Positions 1 through 12,975 of a DNA stretch of 64,000 bases are shown piece by piece. The notes beneath the pieces are model-generated. The model did not search any database. It was given only the letters and a program-made list of their open reading frames with translations, and was not told the DNA's origin. Each line of letters begins with the position of its first letter. Position 1 is the first letter of the stretch. Made by a program: the position numbers and the translations under genes. The DNA is from Octopus sinensis (taxonomy: Eukaryota). Location: the NCBI RefSeq assembly GCF_006345805.1, contig NC_043021.1:23994001-24058000 (forward strand), in the 5' to 3' direction.

Positions 1-528
1 TAAGGGTTGTTTAAGGATGTTGAAAGAACAACCCATGTTTCCAGAGGTAAATTATTCAAACCCCAAAGAATCCCTCTCAACACATGGCTATGATGCTCTC
101 CCACTACTTCTGCTCGTGATCAGAGATGCACATATCGTCAGCCACTAAGGGACATGCTCAACTGGTTAAGGCGGGGGACCAGTCAGAATTTTCGAGTAGC
201 CCATCCCACTCAAAAGGTCCTTGAATAAAGGTTGTTTAAGGATGTTGAACGAAACACCCATGTTTCCACAGGTTAATTATCCAAACCCAAAGAATTCCTC
301 TCAACACATGGCCACGATGCACCCCCGCTACTTCTGCTTGTGATCAGAGATGCACATATCGTCATCCACCAATGGATATGCTCAACTTGTTAAGGTCAAA
401 CAACTGACAGGCAAATCTTTGGTATTGAGCAGAATATTTGCTGTAGCCCATCTATTATACCAAGACAAAATATGTAAATGATAACACTTACCACCAGTTA
501 AGATCAAAAGCCATGAGAACCAGTATCT
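1..528 (-). mobile_element. Non-coding (AAT)n-associated interspersed repeat, with internal duplication (about 1-170 vs 225-395)
   Basis: Same sequence recurs at 11400-11690 and 10476-10592; bordered by (ATT)n. Confidence 0.75.
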
Positions 529-593
529 GATTATTATTATTATTGTTGTTGTTATTGTTGTTGTTGTTTTTGTTGTTGTTGTTGTTGTTATTA

Positions 594-632
<39 letters not shown>

Positions 633-650
633 TATTATTATTATTATTAT

Positions 651-1029
651 TGATACGTTCTGAATTCAAATTCCACGGAGGTCCACTTTGTCTTTCATCC
701 TTTCGGGGTTGATTAAAGAAGTCCACTTATGCACTGGTGTCGATTTAATCGACTTAATCCTTTCCCACAAAATTTCAGGCTTTGAGTCTACAGTAGAAAG
801 AATTATCATTATCATCGAGGCAGCGAATCAACAGAATCGTTAGCATGCTGGACGACATGCTCAGTGGTATTTCGCCCGTCACTAGGTTCTGAGTTCAAAT
901 TCCGCCGAACTCGACTTTATTTTTCATCCTTTCGGGGTCGATAAAATCATTATCAGCTGAAGGCTGGGGTCGCTGTAATCGACTTATCGCCACCCAATGA
1001 ATTCCTCCCCTTTTGGCAAAATTTAAGAC

Positions 1030-1031
<2 letters not shown>
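651..1031 (+). mobile_element. SINE family A, two tandem decayed copies
   Basis: B-box GAGTTCAAATTCC and central GCCTTTCATCCTTTCGGGGTCGATAAA segment. Confidence 0.8.
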
Positions 1032-1089
<58 letters not shown>

Positions 1090-1145
1090 CATTATTATTG
1101 TTATTATTATTATTATTGTTATTATTATTACTATTGTTATTATTG

Positions 1146-1205
<60 letters not shown>

Positions 1206-1215
1206 TATTATTATT

Positions 1216-1380
1216 ATTCAGTAGTTTTATTTTTATAGCGTGCTTTCACTTCACTACCGAGCGCAGCTCTGTGTGCCTGGGTATGTGCTGTGATTTGTTG
1301 TGATGCTCTGATGGTTATTGTATGGAAAGTGTTCTGCGTAGGATGTGTGCAGTGCCTAGTAGTGCAATTTTCTGTATGTT
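1216..1380 (-). mobile_element. R4/Dong-type LINE 3' end fragment
   Basis: Encodes IQKIALLGTAHILRRTLSIQ*, then 3' UTR and (TAA)n; near-identical to 11808-11985. Confidence 0.85.
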
Positions 1381-1416
1381 TATTATTATTATTATATATT
1401 ATTATTATTATTATTA

Positions 1417-1496
<80 letters not shown>

Positions 1497-1515
1497 GTTA
1501 TTATTGTTATTATTA

Positions 1516-1552
<37 letters not shown>

Positions 1553-1566
1553 CATTATTATTATTA

Positions 1567-1607
<41 letters not shown>

Positions 1608-1703
1608 GTTGTTGTTGTTGTTGTTGTTGCTGTTGTTGTTGCTGTTGTTGTTGTTGTTGTTGATGATGATGATGTTGTTGTTGTTGCTATTGTTATTATT
1701 ATC

Positions 1704-1920
1704 AAGGCGGCGAGCTGGCCGGATAGTTAAAACGCTGGACGAAATGCATAGCGGTATTTCGCCGGTTGCTACCTTCTGAGTTCAAATTCCGTCGAGGTCG
1801 AGATTGCCTTTCATCTTTTCGGGGTCGATAAATTAAGTACCAGTGAAACACTGGGTCGATCAAATCGAATGCCCCCTCCCACCAAATTTCAGGCCATGTG
1901 CCTAATAGAAAGGATTATTA
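1704..1920 (+). mobile_element. SINE family A monomer with (ATT)n tail
   Basis: tRNA-like head, B box, central conserved segment. Confidence 0.85.
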
Positions 1921-2432
1921 TTATTATTATTGTTGATGTTGTCGTTGTTGTTGTTGTTTTTGTTGACCAAACCCATCAACTGATACATGAACAGACGTTA
2001 ATTCAGCTCGGTCTGAAAGTTGCCAATATTAATGATAAGGGATTTCTTACGTTTTAAATCAGATTTTTAGGCTTGCCGATTCCTTTGAGCCATTTGGCAA
2101 ATTTTTTACCGCTTTCTGTCGGACATTTTGAAGCAATTTTGGTAATGTCTTTCCATATCCTTTAATAAAAAGAAAAAAAATTATATCGTTTATTACTCAA
2201 ACATAAACATCCGATTTTCTGTTGTTTTTCCTATTGTTATTCAGAGCCATCGAATTTCACCTTAATTAGCCAGGATTAATTCGTTTGTTAAATATGCCTA
2301 TAACCTTCTACTTATCACGAATAATTAACTCCAGATATCAGTTTCGTGGGTGTTTTTGTAGTTCTTCAAAAGACGAAACAGTGTAAACCGATTTGGGAAA
2401 TATTTAGCTGTGTGTGTGTGTGTGTGTGTGAA

Positions 2433-2763
2433 GGCGCATGGCTCAGTGGTTAGAGCGTCGAGCTTACGATCGTAAGGTTATGAGCTCGAATCCCGGACCG
2501 GGCTGCGTGTTGTGTTCTTGAGCAAGACACTTTATTTCACGTTGCTCCAGTTCACTCAGCTGTAGAAATGAGTTGCGACGTCACGGGTGCCAAGCTGTAT
2601 CGGCCCCTTTGCCTTTCCCTTGGATAACATCGGTGACGTGGAGAGGGGAGGCCGGTACGCATGGGCGACTGCTGGTCTTCCATAAACAACCTTGCCTAGA
2701 CTTGTGCCTGGGAGGGTAACTTTCTAGGTGCAAGCCCATGGTCAGTCATGACCGAAAGGGGTC
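2433..2763 (+). mobile_element. SINE family D
   Basis: GGCGCATGGCTCAGTGGTTAGAGCG...GAGCTCGAATCCC head; CORE-like TTCTTGAGCAAGACACTT; followed by (TATG)n. Confidence 0.85.
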
Positions 2764-2771
2764 ACAATCAC

Positions 2772-2804
<33 letters not shown>

Positions 2805-2850
2805 TGTATGTACGTATGTATGTATGTATGTATGTATGTATGTATGTATG

Positions 2851-2904
<54 letters not shown>

Positions 2905-2937
2905 AGTAATTGAATGAATTATCTTATTAAAGATATA

Positions 2938-3843
2938 CAGGGTGAGGTGAATAAATTGTCGTCTAAATTACGCAAAAAAGGAAAATGACACTGACATCTC
3001 ATTTTAACAGATATATTTACCAAAATCATATACAACTATCCTGAAAATTATCCTAACAATATCCTGGAAAGAGAAAATTTATTCAATAAAAATAGCCATT
3101 GGATTCAATCACAGCCTCCAGACGACTTCGGACTCTCCTGCAACTCTTCTGGACGGTCTTCTTGTTTAAGTTGGTGAGTGCTACAATTATACTTGCCTTC
3201 AGTTAATCTTTGGTGTTACAAGGAATTTTGTTGGTCCCTCGCTCAACTGCGCCCCGCACATAATTATCAAGTGAGTTGCAGTCTGGGGAGTTAGGTGGCC
3301 AGATGTTAGGGGTGGTGTTGTCACAGAAATTGTCTGAGAGCCATGATTGGGTTCTCCTACTTATGGCATGTCGCAGAATCCTGTTGCTAGACATAGGATC
3401 TTCCAGCAACTACCCTCTTCGCCCAAGGTAGTACAACTCCTTCCAGGAATTTTATGTAGGCCTCTGTGTTGTGTCTGAGACCGTGCGGAAAAATGAAAGT
3501 AGGCATAACGTCGCTATCACTAGTGACCACTCAAAACACCATGATATTGACTGGTTGTTTGGTTTTTATCACCCTCGGCACATGTCCTCAGACTGCACTC
3601 TCCTCAGATTGACACCTAAACACTCTGAAATGTTCGTATTGGAGCTTCCAGCGCGACTGCCACACAGTAAAGCATGTCGTTTCTAAATTTCTGGTAGAGG
3701 GAATTGCGTCATGGTGCTGTTTTTCTCACAGAGAGTGCCCAACAGACCCTACTATACTATGTAGTTGACAAAATCAAAAACAAACAATGCGGATACGCGA
3801 AATTAAAAATATTAAATGGTGACACTCTACCCATCGCTCCCTG
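2938..3843 (-). mobile_element. Internally deleted Tc1/mariner-superfamily element, maT/DD37D-like
   Basis: TA-flanked CAGGG...CCCTG termini; RRTQSWLSDNF, IWPPNSPDCNSLD, ITSDSDVMP-like motifs. Confidence 0.75.
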
Positions 3844-4146
3844 TATATATATATAGATATGTGCATGTATGTATGTATGCATGTATGTATGTATGTATGT
3901 ATGTATGTATGTATGTATGTATGTATGTATGTATGTATGTATATATGTATGTATGTATGTATGTGCTTGTGTAGATATGTACGTGTTTATGTATGTGTGT
4001 ATATAGTTGACATCTTGAGAATTTTGTAAGCTTCAGAGAGAACGTGAAATAATTCTTTCTTGGAATATCTCGAAGAAAACTCATAACGGTATAACTGATA
4101 CCTGGTGTATACTGGTTTGAAAAATTCTCTTCCATAGAACATGGCA

Positions 4147-5480
4147 AAGTTAATTTTCCTTCCTTTGCAGTCTTTAAGTACAGTCTTGTCTACCAGGAGT
4201 TGATCCTTAGTATCTCTGCAGTTACGCTTGCAACCTTTCTGGTCATGTGGCACGCCTCCATTTTTTCCAGATATCCACACATTGACTCTGCGACAATTCC
4301 AGTCAATAATTTCCATATAAGTGGCAAGCAGGATATTGGCCTGTAATTGTCTACTGTATTGCCCTTTTTCGATGTTTAGCGAGCACATCACTGTCCTTAC
4401 CCATTGTCAACCACTCAGGTGCTACTTGGTCGGCATTTAACAAATGTTGAGTTGTGAAGTTATTCGTGCATGACATTCACCAAATCTTTTGATCCAGTAG
4501 CTTTGAACTCCATCTAGTGCCGGAGCCTTCCAGTTGCCCATCTTTTTGCTGATTTCCTTCATTTCCCTAACTGAAATGACTAGTTCTGCCTGTTGTGAAC
4601 AGACTACTGTTTGTTTCAGTTCTTGCAACCATTCAGCATCCGTCTTGTTCTCCTTGTCTTTGCTCCAGATGTCACTCCAAAACCTTTGACTTTCAATGTT
4701 ATCTGATATTAATTTTTCATCTGTACACTCTCCACTTATTTCTTTGTAGAATCTATTCTGATCTACTCTGAATAACCTATTCTGGTGGTAACCCTTCATT
4801 CTTTGGTCGTATCTTTCCATCTTGGCTTTCTTTGCAACTAGCGGCTGTTTCAGTTCCGCCATTACCACTTTCAGGCACTTTCTTTCAATCAGTGCCCTGT
4901 ATTTTTGTTCGCTTTTAAGCTCCCCCTTTCTTTTCGGTCTAACACAGAAATGTCCTTCGAGAGCATATCTAACCCCACCTCTATTCTTCTTTTCCACCAT
5001 GGATATTGTCTTGTGTCACTCACATTGCATTTCTTTTTCTTGACATCAACACCCACATTATCTGCTACAATACTTGCTGCCTTGAGCAAATTATTTGTTT
5101 CTGAGATGTTTTTTTTTGTGATGTATTTCAGAATTTCATTTACATTTTTCGTTTCTTGGTTCAATTTCCATCGATCAACGTTTTTAAGGTTGCAAATAAT
5201 GTCGCTATCGTTCTCCTGTATCTTTGCTTTTATTCTGTCGTAGATTGCCTTTTGCCCATCTGTCATGCCACCATTAGTTTTATTGTCTTTTTCCAAACTA
5301 TCTTTATGTCTCTCATTGAGGAAGCTATCACTGTTCCTTTCCTGTGGTTCATTAGAGATATTCCACCTATGTTTTCTGCTGAGTCGGACCAGTGTCTCTG
5401 AGCCTGCCGGATGTAACACTGTCATCGTCACTAGATGTATCATCAACCAGAGCATAGGGAGATTTCAACCACTTCCTTTT
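4147..5480 (-). mobile_element. R4/Dong-type LINE, N-terminal region and start of RT, frameshifted
   Basis: [62 protein letters not shown] motifs. Confidence 0.85.
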
Positions 5481-5496
5481 ATTATTATTATTATGT

Positions 5497-7368
5497 TTTT
5501 CCTTTTTTCTTCAAATTTTTTTCCATTTCTCGCCGAGTGTTTTCCATATGTTTTCCCAGATTACACGCGCAAATTCACAGATAAAATATGTATTTAAAAA
5601 TTAATAAATAAATAAATTCATGGATAGATGTTGTTTTCACAGTGATAGAGCTCTTCTCAGTACATGAGCCGTTCAGTTAATACGATTTTTTGCACTTCTT
5701 GTAGGGATGGTAAGCCTGGAATCATTTTCAAATAGGTTTCAGTACCTTTTTTTATCATTCCTAGAGATTCTACAATCACTGGTACTGTAGTCGCCTTGAG
5801 ATGCCACATTTTTTCAATTTCTATTAGTAGGTCTTTATATTTACTAATCTTGTCAAATTCTTTCGCCGCTATATTGTGATCGCAAGGGATACTCATGACA
5901 ATTAATAAACACATCTTTGTCTGATCTTTTATAATAATATCCGGTTTATTAGCTTTTATAGTTTTGTCGGTCTGTACGGAGAAGTCCCATAGAATTGACA
6001 TTTTATCCCTCAGTCACAGCTTCAGGATGGTGTTTATACCATTTGTCAGCGGTTTTGATTTTATAATGCCGACATATTGTCCAATGTAAATACTGGCCGA
6101 CTCTGTCATGTCTTGCTTTATATTCTGCAGGTGCTAAGACTCTACACCCTGAGATTAGGTGGTCTATTGTTTCAATCTCATCCTTACAGAATCGGCATTT
6201 TGGGTCAGCTCCATTTTTTATCACATTGGCTTCGTAGTTCCGGGTTAATAAGCTTTGGTCTTGAGCAGCTAATATGAAACCTTCACTCTCTGCTTTCAGC
6301 CCTGAGCTTCGTAACCATTGGTGCGTGTGTTTCTGGTCGACATCAGCTTGTTTGCTACGGGCCACATACTTGCCATGGAGAGGTTTCTCTTCCCATCTGC
6401 TAGCTAAATTTTCATGTGCTTTTGTCTTTGCAATTAATTTTCTTTTCTTTGCAGCTGCAGTCGGCGCATTTCCTTCAGCCTGATCAATCTGGTGGGTATC
6501 TAAGAGATCAGCAGCGAATTTTTGGCTCTCTTTGAGAATAGAGTGAAGTTGTTTCGGTCTTTCATGTTTTTCAACAAGTTTTAGCATCCAATCGTTGGTT
6601 GCTTCAAGGTATTTGGCCAGTCCAATTGTGGTGGTTTTGTATGTAAGTTCAAGCTGGATCAAGCCTCGACCTCCCTGAGCTCTGGGAAGGTAAAGGCGAT
6701 CCACGTCTGCCTTTGGATGGTGCATCTTATTACAAGTCAGTAGCTTTCGGATTTTTCTGTCAATTTTCATTATTTCATTGGTATTCCAGTTAAGCACATT
6801 GAAGCTTTAAAGAACAACTGGTACTGCTAAGGAATTTATGGCTAACACCTTATTCAGCTCAGACTTCAGGATTGCTCGAACTCTTCTATAACAATCTTTC
6901 CCAACCTTCTCTTTCATGCTTGCATGCTGGATACCAGAGGCTTCATTTATTCCTAGGTATTTATAGGTTTGTTCCTGCTCAAGTTCCTTTATTACTATTT
7001 CGACATCTAATTCGATTGAACTAGACTTTACCATTTTCCCTTTCTTAAAAGTGGCTTTGGCACACTTTTCAAGGCCAAACTTCATCCCGATATCATCACT
7101 AAATCCTTTCACAGTATGTAGTAGTCCTTGAAGCTCTTCATCACATCTGCCATATAGTTTTAAATCATCCGTATAAAATAGATGGCTTATTTTCCTGTTG
7201 TCAATTTAGTAGCCATATCCTGTCCTATTAAGTTCACTTGAGAGTGGTATTAGTGCTATGCAGAAAATTAGTGGTGAAAGTGAGTCACCTTGGAAAATTC
7301 CACAGTATATGCTAATATTGTTTGAGCGCAATAATCCATTAGAATGATATAACTGGAGCTTCGTTTAT
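5497..7368 (-). mobile_element. R4/Dong-type LINE, RT C-half + CCHC + restriction-like endonuclease + 3' UTR
   Basis: GIFQGDSLSP, FYTDDLKLY, GMKFGLEKCA, YKYLG, RLYLPRAQGGRGL, CRFC...HLISGC, KPDIIIKD, KYKDL. Confidence 0.92.
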
Positions 7369-7419
7369 TATTATTATTATTATTATTATTATATTATTAT
7401 TATTATTATTATTATTATT

Positions 7420-7472
<53 letters not shown>

Positions 7473-7483
7473 TATCATTAATA

Positions 7484-7518
<35 letters not shown>

Positions 7519-7519
7519 T

Positions 7520-9860
7520 ATGGTTTTCTTTCATTATAACTTTATTTCAACTGCATCCTCCGGAGGCCAAATCTAGCAAGGGCACTTTTGTTTTGCTATG
7601 CATGCTAAAATTATCACCACATTTATTCCATTTTAGATGGAGAGTGTTTTCCGTAGTATATGGGTTGTACCCGTCAAGGCTATCTTTTGTACTTCACAGA
7701 GATTGGAGTTAGCAGTGAGTTGCTTAATATACTTCTCAGCTCCCTTCTTTATCATTCCCAATGCACCAATTTCTACTGGTATTATCATAGGATTAAGCTT
7801 CCACATTTTTTGGATTTCAATTTGCAGCTCTTTATAGTGAAAAAGCTTTTCGCATCCCTTTCTAGAGACATTTTGATCTTGTGGCATAAATATTAATAGA
7901 CAAGATCTTCTATTGTAGTCCTTGATCATGTCTGGTCGATTGGAGTCAAATATTTTGTCTGTTTGTATTGGAAAGTTCCAAAGGATGGTGGCGCCCTCGC
8001 CATTTATTACGCACCCTGGATGATACCTGTACCACTTATCATGGGATTTAATTTCGTAGTATTTACATGCATTCTAGTGGATGTACTACCCTAGCCTGTA
8101 TTACCTTATGGGGTATTCCTTTTCAGCGAGGACTGGGCAGCCAGAATTAACATGATCAATTGTCTCTGTGAATTTTCCTAAATTCTGCAGGTGGGGTCAG
8201 ATCCATCTTTAAGGACGTTTGGATGGTAGTTTCCGGTAGGTAATCTCTGATCTTGTACTGCAATAACAAAACCTTCTGTGTCCCCTTTCAGACCTGTCCC
8301 TTGTAGCCATTGGTGTTATAGATTTTGATCAATATCTGACTTGGACAGGTAGTTAGGGTATATTCCATGCAGGAGTTTACCTGTCCAGTTGTCTTCGATA
8401 TTATTCATGAAAGCCTTCCTTGCTGTTTGTTTGATGATTTTTGCATCAGTGATAGGTTTGTTACTATTTGCATCTCGTTGGTCTTTCTGGTTGTTAATTT
8501 CTAAATCAGGAGAAACAATGGTAGGTCTGTCAGTATTTGGGTTTTTTAATAATTCTTATAGTTAACTTGTAAACCAAGAGACTGTTTAAATTTCTGATTA
8601 AGATTCATGACTGAAGCTTGTTTGGAATCTTCATACTTCAGTGGCGTTCGTAAGAGCACGTCACTTGTTGTATTAAGGTATTTTCAAGGCCTATTATTGC
8701 TGATCTGAAGGATTGTTCAAGCTGTATCAGGCCTTTACAACCTATTTTTCTTGGAAGATAAATCTTGTCTACATCTGATTTTGGATAATGTACTCGGTAC
8801 CTTGTAAAGCTTTTACGGAGCTTTCCATCCTTATTCTGCATAGCAGTGAAACTCCACTTAATGATACTGAAGCTATATGTGGTTACTGGCATGGCCAAAG
8901 AATTATTTAATTATGAGTTTAGGACCATTTTTACCCTTCAGTAGCATTCCTTGCGGATTTTCTCTTTCATTTTAGAGCGCTGGATACCATCACCTTCATT
9001 GGTTCCCAGATATCTGTATACTTCGGATTGGTCAACATTTCGAATAGCTGTGGTAGTATCAAGTTTTATGTTTTCTCCCTTTTTGAACTTCCCTGCCTTG
9101 AAAGTAGCCTTTGCACATTTATCAAGTCCGAATTCCATATCAGAGCTGAATTCTTTGACAATATTCAGGAGCTCTTCTAATTATTTGTCGTTTTGGCAAA
9201 CAGTTTTAGATCATCTATATAGAGTAACTGATTAATTTTCTGGTCAAAGATCTTATACCCTCTCTTAGTCTTATTCAGTTGCGTGGATAAAGGGAACAAA
9301 CTGAAGCAGAATAGTAATGGTGATAATGAGTTGCCTTGAAAGATACCACAGGCGATATTAATGTCTAGTAAGGTGGTATATCTTTGTGTATAGTTTAAAA
9401 TGAGGGTGGTTCTCCACGAATCCATGATTACTTTTAAAAAGTTCACAACTGTTGGAGCTATCTTCTAAATTTCCAGAGCCTTGATGATCCATGCATGAGG
9501 GTCACTGTCAAAAGCATTCTTGTAATCTATCCAAGTGGTGCTAAGGTTTCTGCGTTTAAATTTGCAATTTTCAATGACCATTTTATCTATCAGTAATTGG
9601 TCCTTACATCCTTATGAACTCCTTTTACATCCCTTTTGTTCCACTGGGAATAACTTCCTTTTATCCAAGAATTCATATTCTTTATTCGCTATTATAGCTG
9701 TTGCTAGTTTATATATGGGGGTGAGGCATGTTATGGGTCGGTATTTTAGAGGGTTAGTAGTTTCTTCTGTTTTTTGGTAAGAGATATGTAATCCATTCTT
9801 CATTTTCCATAGGAGGGCTATTTCGTATTTAGGAGGGTTGTATTTATCTGCTTTTTTGCC
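7520..9860 (-). mobile_element. Degenerate R4/Dong-type LINE (RT-RLE), older subfamily
   Basis: YRPITCL, EQKGCKR, GIFQGNSLSP, YIDDLKLF, EFGLDKCAK, IYLPRKIGCKGL, QKIALTGTTHILRK; 3' end abuts (ATT)n/(ATC)n. Confidence 0.9.
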
Positions 9861-9879
9861 TTTCTTCTTAATTATTCAT

Positions 9880-10440
9880 GGGCCAAATGGGCATGCAACA
9901 TCAACTATATAGCACATGTGGTGCATCCTGCCGACTACCACTAGGTCCTGTCTGTTATGCTCTAACACATGATACGTTTAGATTGGGAAACCTCAGATGA
10001 GTTTCCTAGTCTCCGACTCGGCCAATCTCTGCGATTTGTGCTCATACCAGGTCTTGTCTCTCTTTAGCCCTCGCTTTACGTACAGTTTTTAATGTAACAT
10101 TTTCGCTACCTGATCATGTTGCCACAACTTGCAATGGTTTCTGGCAATTGAAGGGCATTTGTTTGTGATATGGGCAATGGTTTCATCCGCTCTATTACAG
10201 ATGCGGCACAGCGGAAACACTCACTCCAAACATTAACCCTCCAGTTTCTGGCCAAAAATTGGTCTTGCGCTGCCAGTATAGTGCTCTCGGTCTCCTTTTT
10301 AAGTGTTCCTTTCTTCAGCCAATCCCATCTATTTTCTTCCAGTTGGAATTGATTGTGTAGCCCCTTATTGCGTAATTTTTCTTCGTCTCCTTTATTCTCT
10401 GCTTTCAATACACCCTCGTTCCTAACTGACATTAGCAGTG
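9880..10440 (-). mobile_element. R4/Dong-type LINE C-terminal fragment (another subfamily)
   Basis: WDWLKKGTLKKETESTILAAQDQ, followed by decayed zinc-knuckle and endonuclease sequence. Confidence 0.8.
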
Positions 10441-10475
10441 TTTCTTTACTTTGGACTAGGTATCTCTATTATTAT

Positions 10476-10592
10476 TAGACAAAAGAATGTACATGATAAC
10501 GCTTCCAATCAGTTAAGGTCAGAAGCCACGAGAGCCTCTGCCTGGTACTGCATCAGGGCATAACCACTGCCTGGTACTGTATCAGGGCATTT
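10476..10592 (-). mobile_element. Fragment of the same (AAT)n-associated repeat
   Basis: Similar to 460-528 and 11630-11720. Confidence 0.65.
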
Positions 10593-10611
10593 TATATTAT
10601 TATTATTATTA

Positions 10612-10702
<91 letters not shown>

Positions 10703-11147
10703 GTTTAACTTTTGCTTTGTCTCCAAGTCTCACCCAGAGACCTCAAAAGACAAGTTAGAAATTCATGTTGGTGTTATGCCTAGGGTGTCATATATTTAGT
10801 TTTGTACACAGTATTGTTCTAGAGAAGGTTTAAGAAAGCATAAGAAAATTATGAGTTTGTTTTAAAATTTGAGATTACATAGACAGTATTTTACGTAGGA
10901 TATAGGCAGTTCCCATGAGCACTATCTTTTTGAATTTCTGCCATTTTGGGGTTTCCTGGTATCTAAGCTAAGTAGCAATCAGCCCCTTTTGCTATCATTC
11001 CTAGGGCACCTATGGCAACAGGTATTGTTTTATTGTTCCACATTTTGCTAATTTCTATTTCAAAATCTTTATACTTGCTCAGTTTTTGATAGGTCTTAAC
11101 AGATACGTTTATATCGATTGGGACAGTCATATCAATGAGGAGGCGCA
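10703..11147 (-). mobile_element. R4/Dong-type LINE 3' end fragment
   Basis: LIDMTVP...KLSKYKDFEIEISKMW...IPVAIGALGMI; 3' UTR then (AAT)n. Confidence 0.85.
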
Positions 11148-11155
11148 TTATTATT

Positions 11156-11191
<36 letters not shown>

Positions 11192-11222
11192 ATTGTTGTT
11201 GTTGTTATTGCTGTTATTATTA

Positions 11223-11725
11223 TTGAGTGAGAGAGCAGTGCATGCCATCAAAGTAACTTTGAGGTAAACTATACGAAGCCCAGTATACCCATCATGACTA
11301 CCCGTCTGATCTCATATCAAGATAAACCGCGCATCACCTTGCAGGTGGGGCCCAGTTAGAACTTTCTTCGGGTCCAGCAGCCCATCCTGCTCAAAAGGTC
11401 CCTGAATAAGGGTTGTTTAAGGATGTTGAACGAAACACAGGTTAATTGTTCAAACCCCAAAGAATTCCTCTCAACATATGGCTATGATGCTCCCCTACTA
11501 TTTCTGCTCGTGATCAGAGATGCACATATTGTCAGCCACTAAGGGGCATGCTCAACTGGTTATGGTCAAGCAACTAACAAGCAAATCTGGTATTGAGCAG
11601 AATATTTGCTGTAACCCATCTTTTATACCAAGACAAAACTATGTACGTGATAACACTTCCAATTAGTTATGGTCAGAAGCCATGAGTGCCACTGCCTGGT
11701 ACTGCATCAGGACATGTACTGCATC
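11223..11725 (-). mobile_element. (AAT)n-tailed non-autonomous repeat, longest copy
   Basis: Minus strand ends ...GCACTGCTCTCTCACTC-AATAATAA; flanked by (ATT)n on both sides; no ORF. Confidence 0.75.
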
Positions 11726-11734
11726 AATTATTAC

Positions 11735-11807
<73 letters not shown>

Positions 11808-11810
<3 letters not shown>

Positions 11811-12245
11811 TAGTTTTATTTTTTATAGCGTGCTTTCACTCCCCTACCGAGCGCAGCTCTGTGTGCCTTAGGTATGTGCTGTGATTTGTTGTGATGCTCT
11901 GATGGTTATTGTATGGATAGTGTTCTGCGTAGGATGTGTGCAGTGCCTAGTAGTGCAATTTTCTGTATGTTATATGCGTTTGTAAGTCCTGGTGTTTTTG
12001 TTATGTATTTGTCTGAATATTTTTTTATCATGCCTAATGCACCTACTATGATAGGAATTGTTTCTGCTCTCAGATTCCACATTCTGGTTACTTCCATTTC
12101 CAGGTCTTTGTATTTTGAAAGTTTCTCCATTTCTTTTAGAGACACGTTGTCATCTGCCGGTATTGATACATCAATTAGAAAGCATTTTTTTCCTTCATGA
12201 TCTCTGACAACTATATCTGGTCTGTTGGCCTTAATTCTCTAACTG
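11808..12245 (-). mobile_element. R4/Dong-type LINE 3' end fragment
   Basis: EKLSKYKDLEMEVTRMW...IIVGALGMIKK...QKIALLGTAHILRRTLSIQ*; (AAT)n both sides. Confidence 0.9.
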
Positions 12246-12268
12246 TATTATTATTATTATTATTATTA

Positions 12269-12316
<48 letters not shown>

Positions 12317-12975
12317 GGTAGAAGTGTCCTGGAGTCTTATTGTAGAGACAGAGACTGTCGGCCCAGTATAATTAAATCCATGTCGTTTGGATAGTTTCTG
12401 CTTTAACATCACCAGAATCAACAGACAAATAGACTAGGCAGGGCCTCCAATGCATATTTTGCAACGGAGAACGAAACTTCTTTCTCGTCTACCAAGAACA
12501 CCTCTCAAAATTCAAGGAGATCGTGAAGGATTTTAGGAAGGTGGGCAGTCTCCATCAGGCATTCATAGGCTCCACCTTGGCTCTCACATCCCAGAAGTTC
12601 TTCCAGCTGAAACCCCTTTTATAAGACAAGCTCCACCTGGTGTTTGAACAATTTTTCGCGTTAAATTCTTTCATATTTCTTTGCTAATTTGGAAATTAAT
12701 ATAGTTATGAATATCATCAATTTCGTGTCATTGGTTTTGAGTTCAAACTCTCACATTACGACGATCCATGATGACATGTCAGCAGCTGCAGTATTACATT
12801 GTATATTCTTAATCTGGACAGACCTATGCTAATATCCGAAATAATATATCTCTGACCCACGCTGAGTAGTCCTGCTCACTGTTTGTTTGTCATGGGATAA
12901 AAATCTGAAGCTATATAACAAAAAAAAAAGAAAATTGATTACTTACAACTGGGAGTAAGGGCTTTGCTCTTTCGA

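Larger units (their letters stand above)
530..1702. repeat. (ATT)n/(GTT)n microsatellite arrays; further tracts at 7369-7520, 10595-10702, 11148-11222, 11728-11807, 12246-12316
   Basis: Direct reading; all read ATT on the plus strand. Confidence 0.97.

Noticed and set aside
382-1779. Poly-Ile/Tyr/Leu/Asn ORFs (also 10509-10733, 11669-11884)
   Set aside because: Translations of (ATT)n microsatellite.
2433-2505. tRNA genes at SINE heads (also 13619, 20436, 21609)
   Set aside because: A/B boxes present but acceptor stems are broken and each continues into SINE body.
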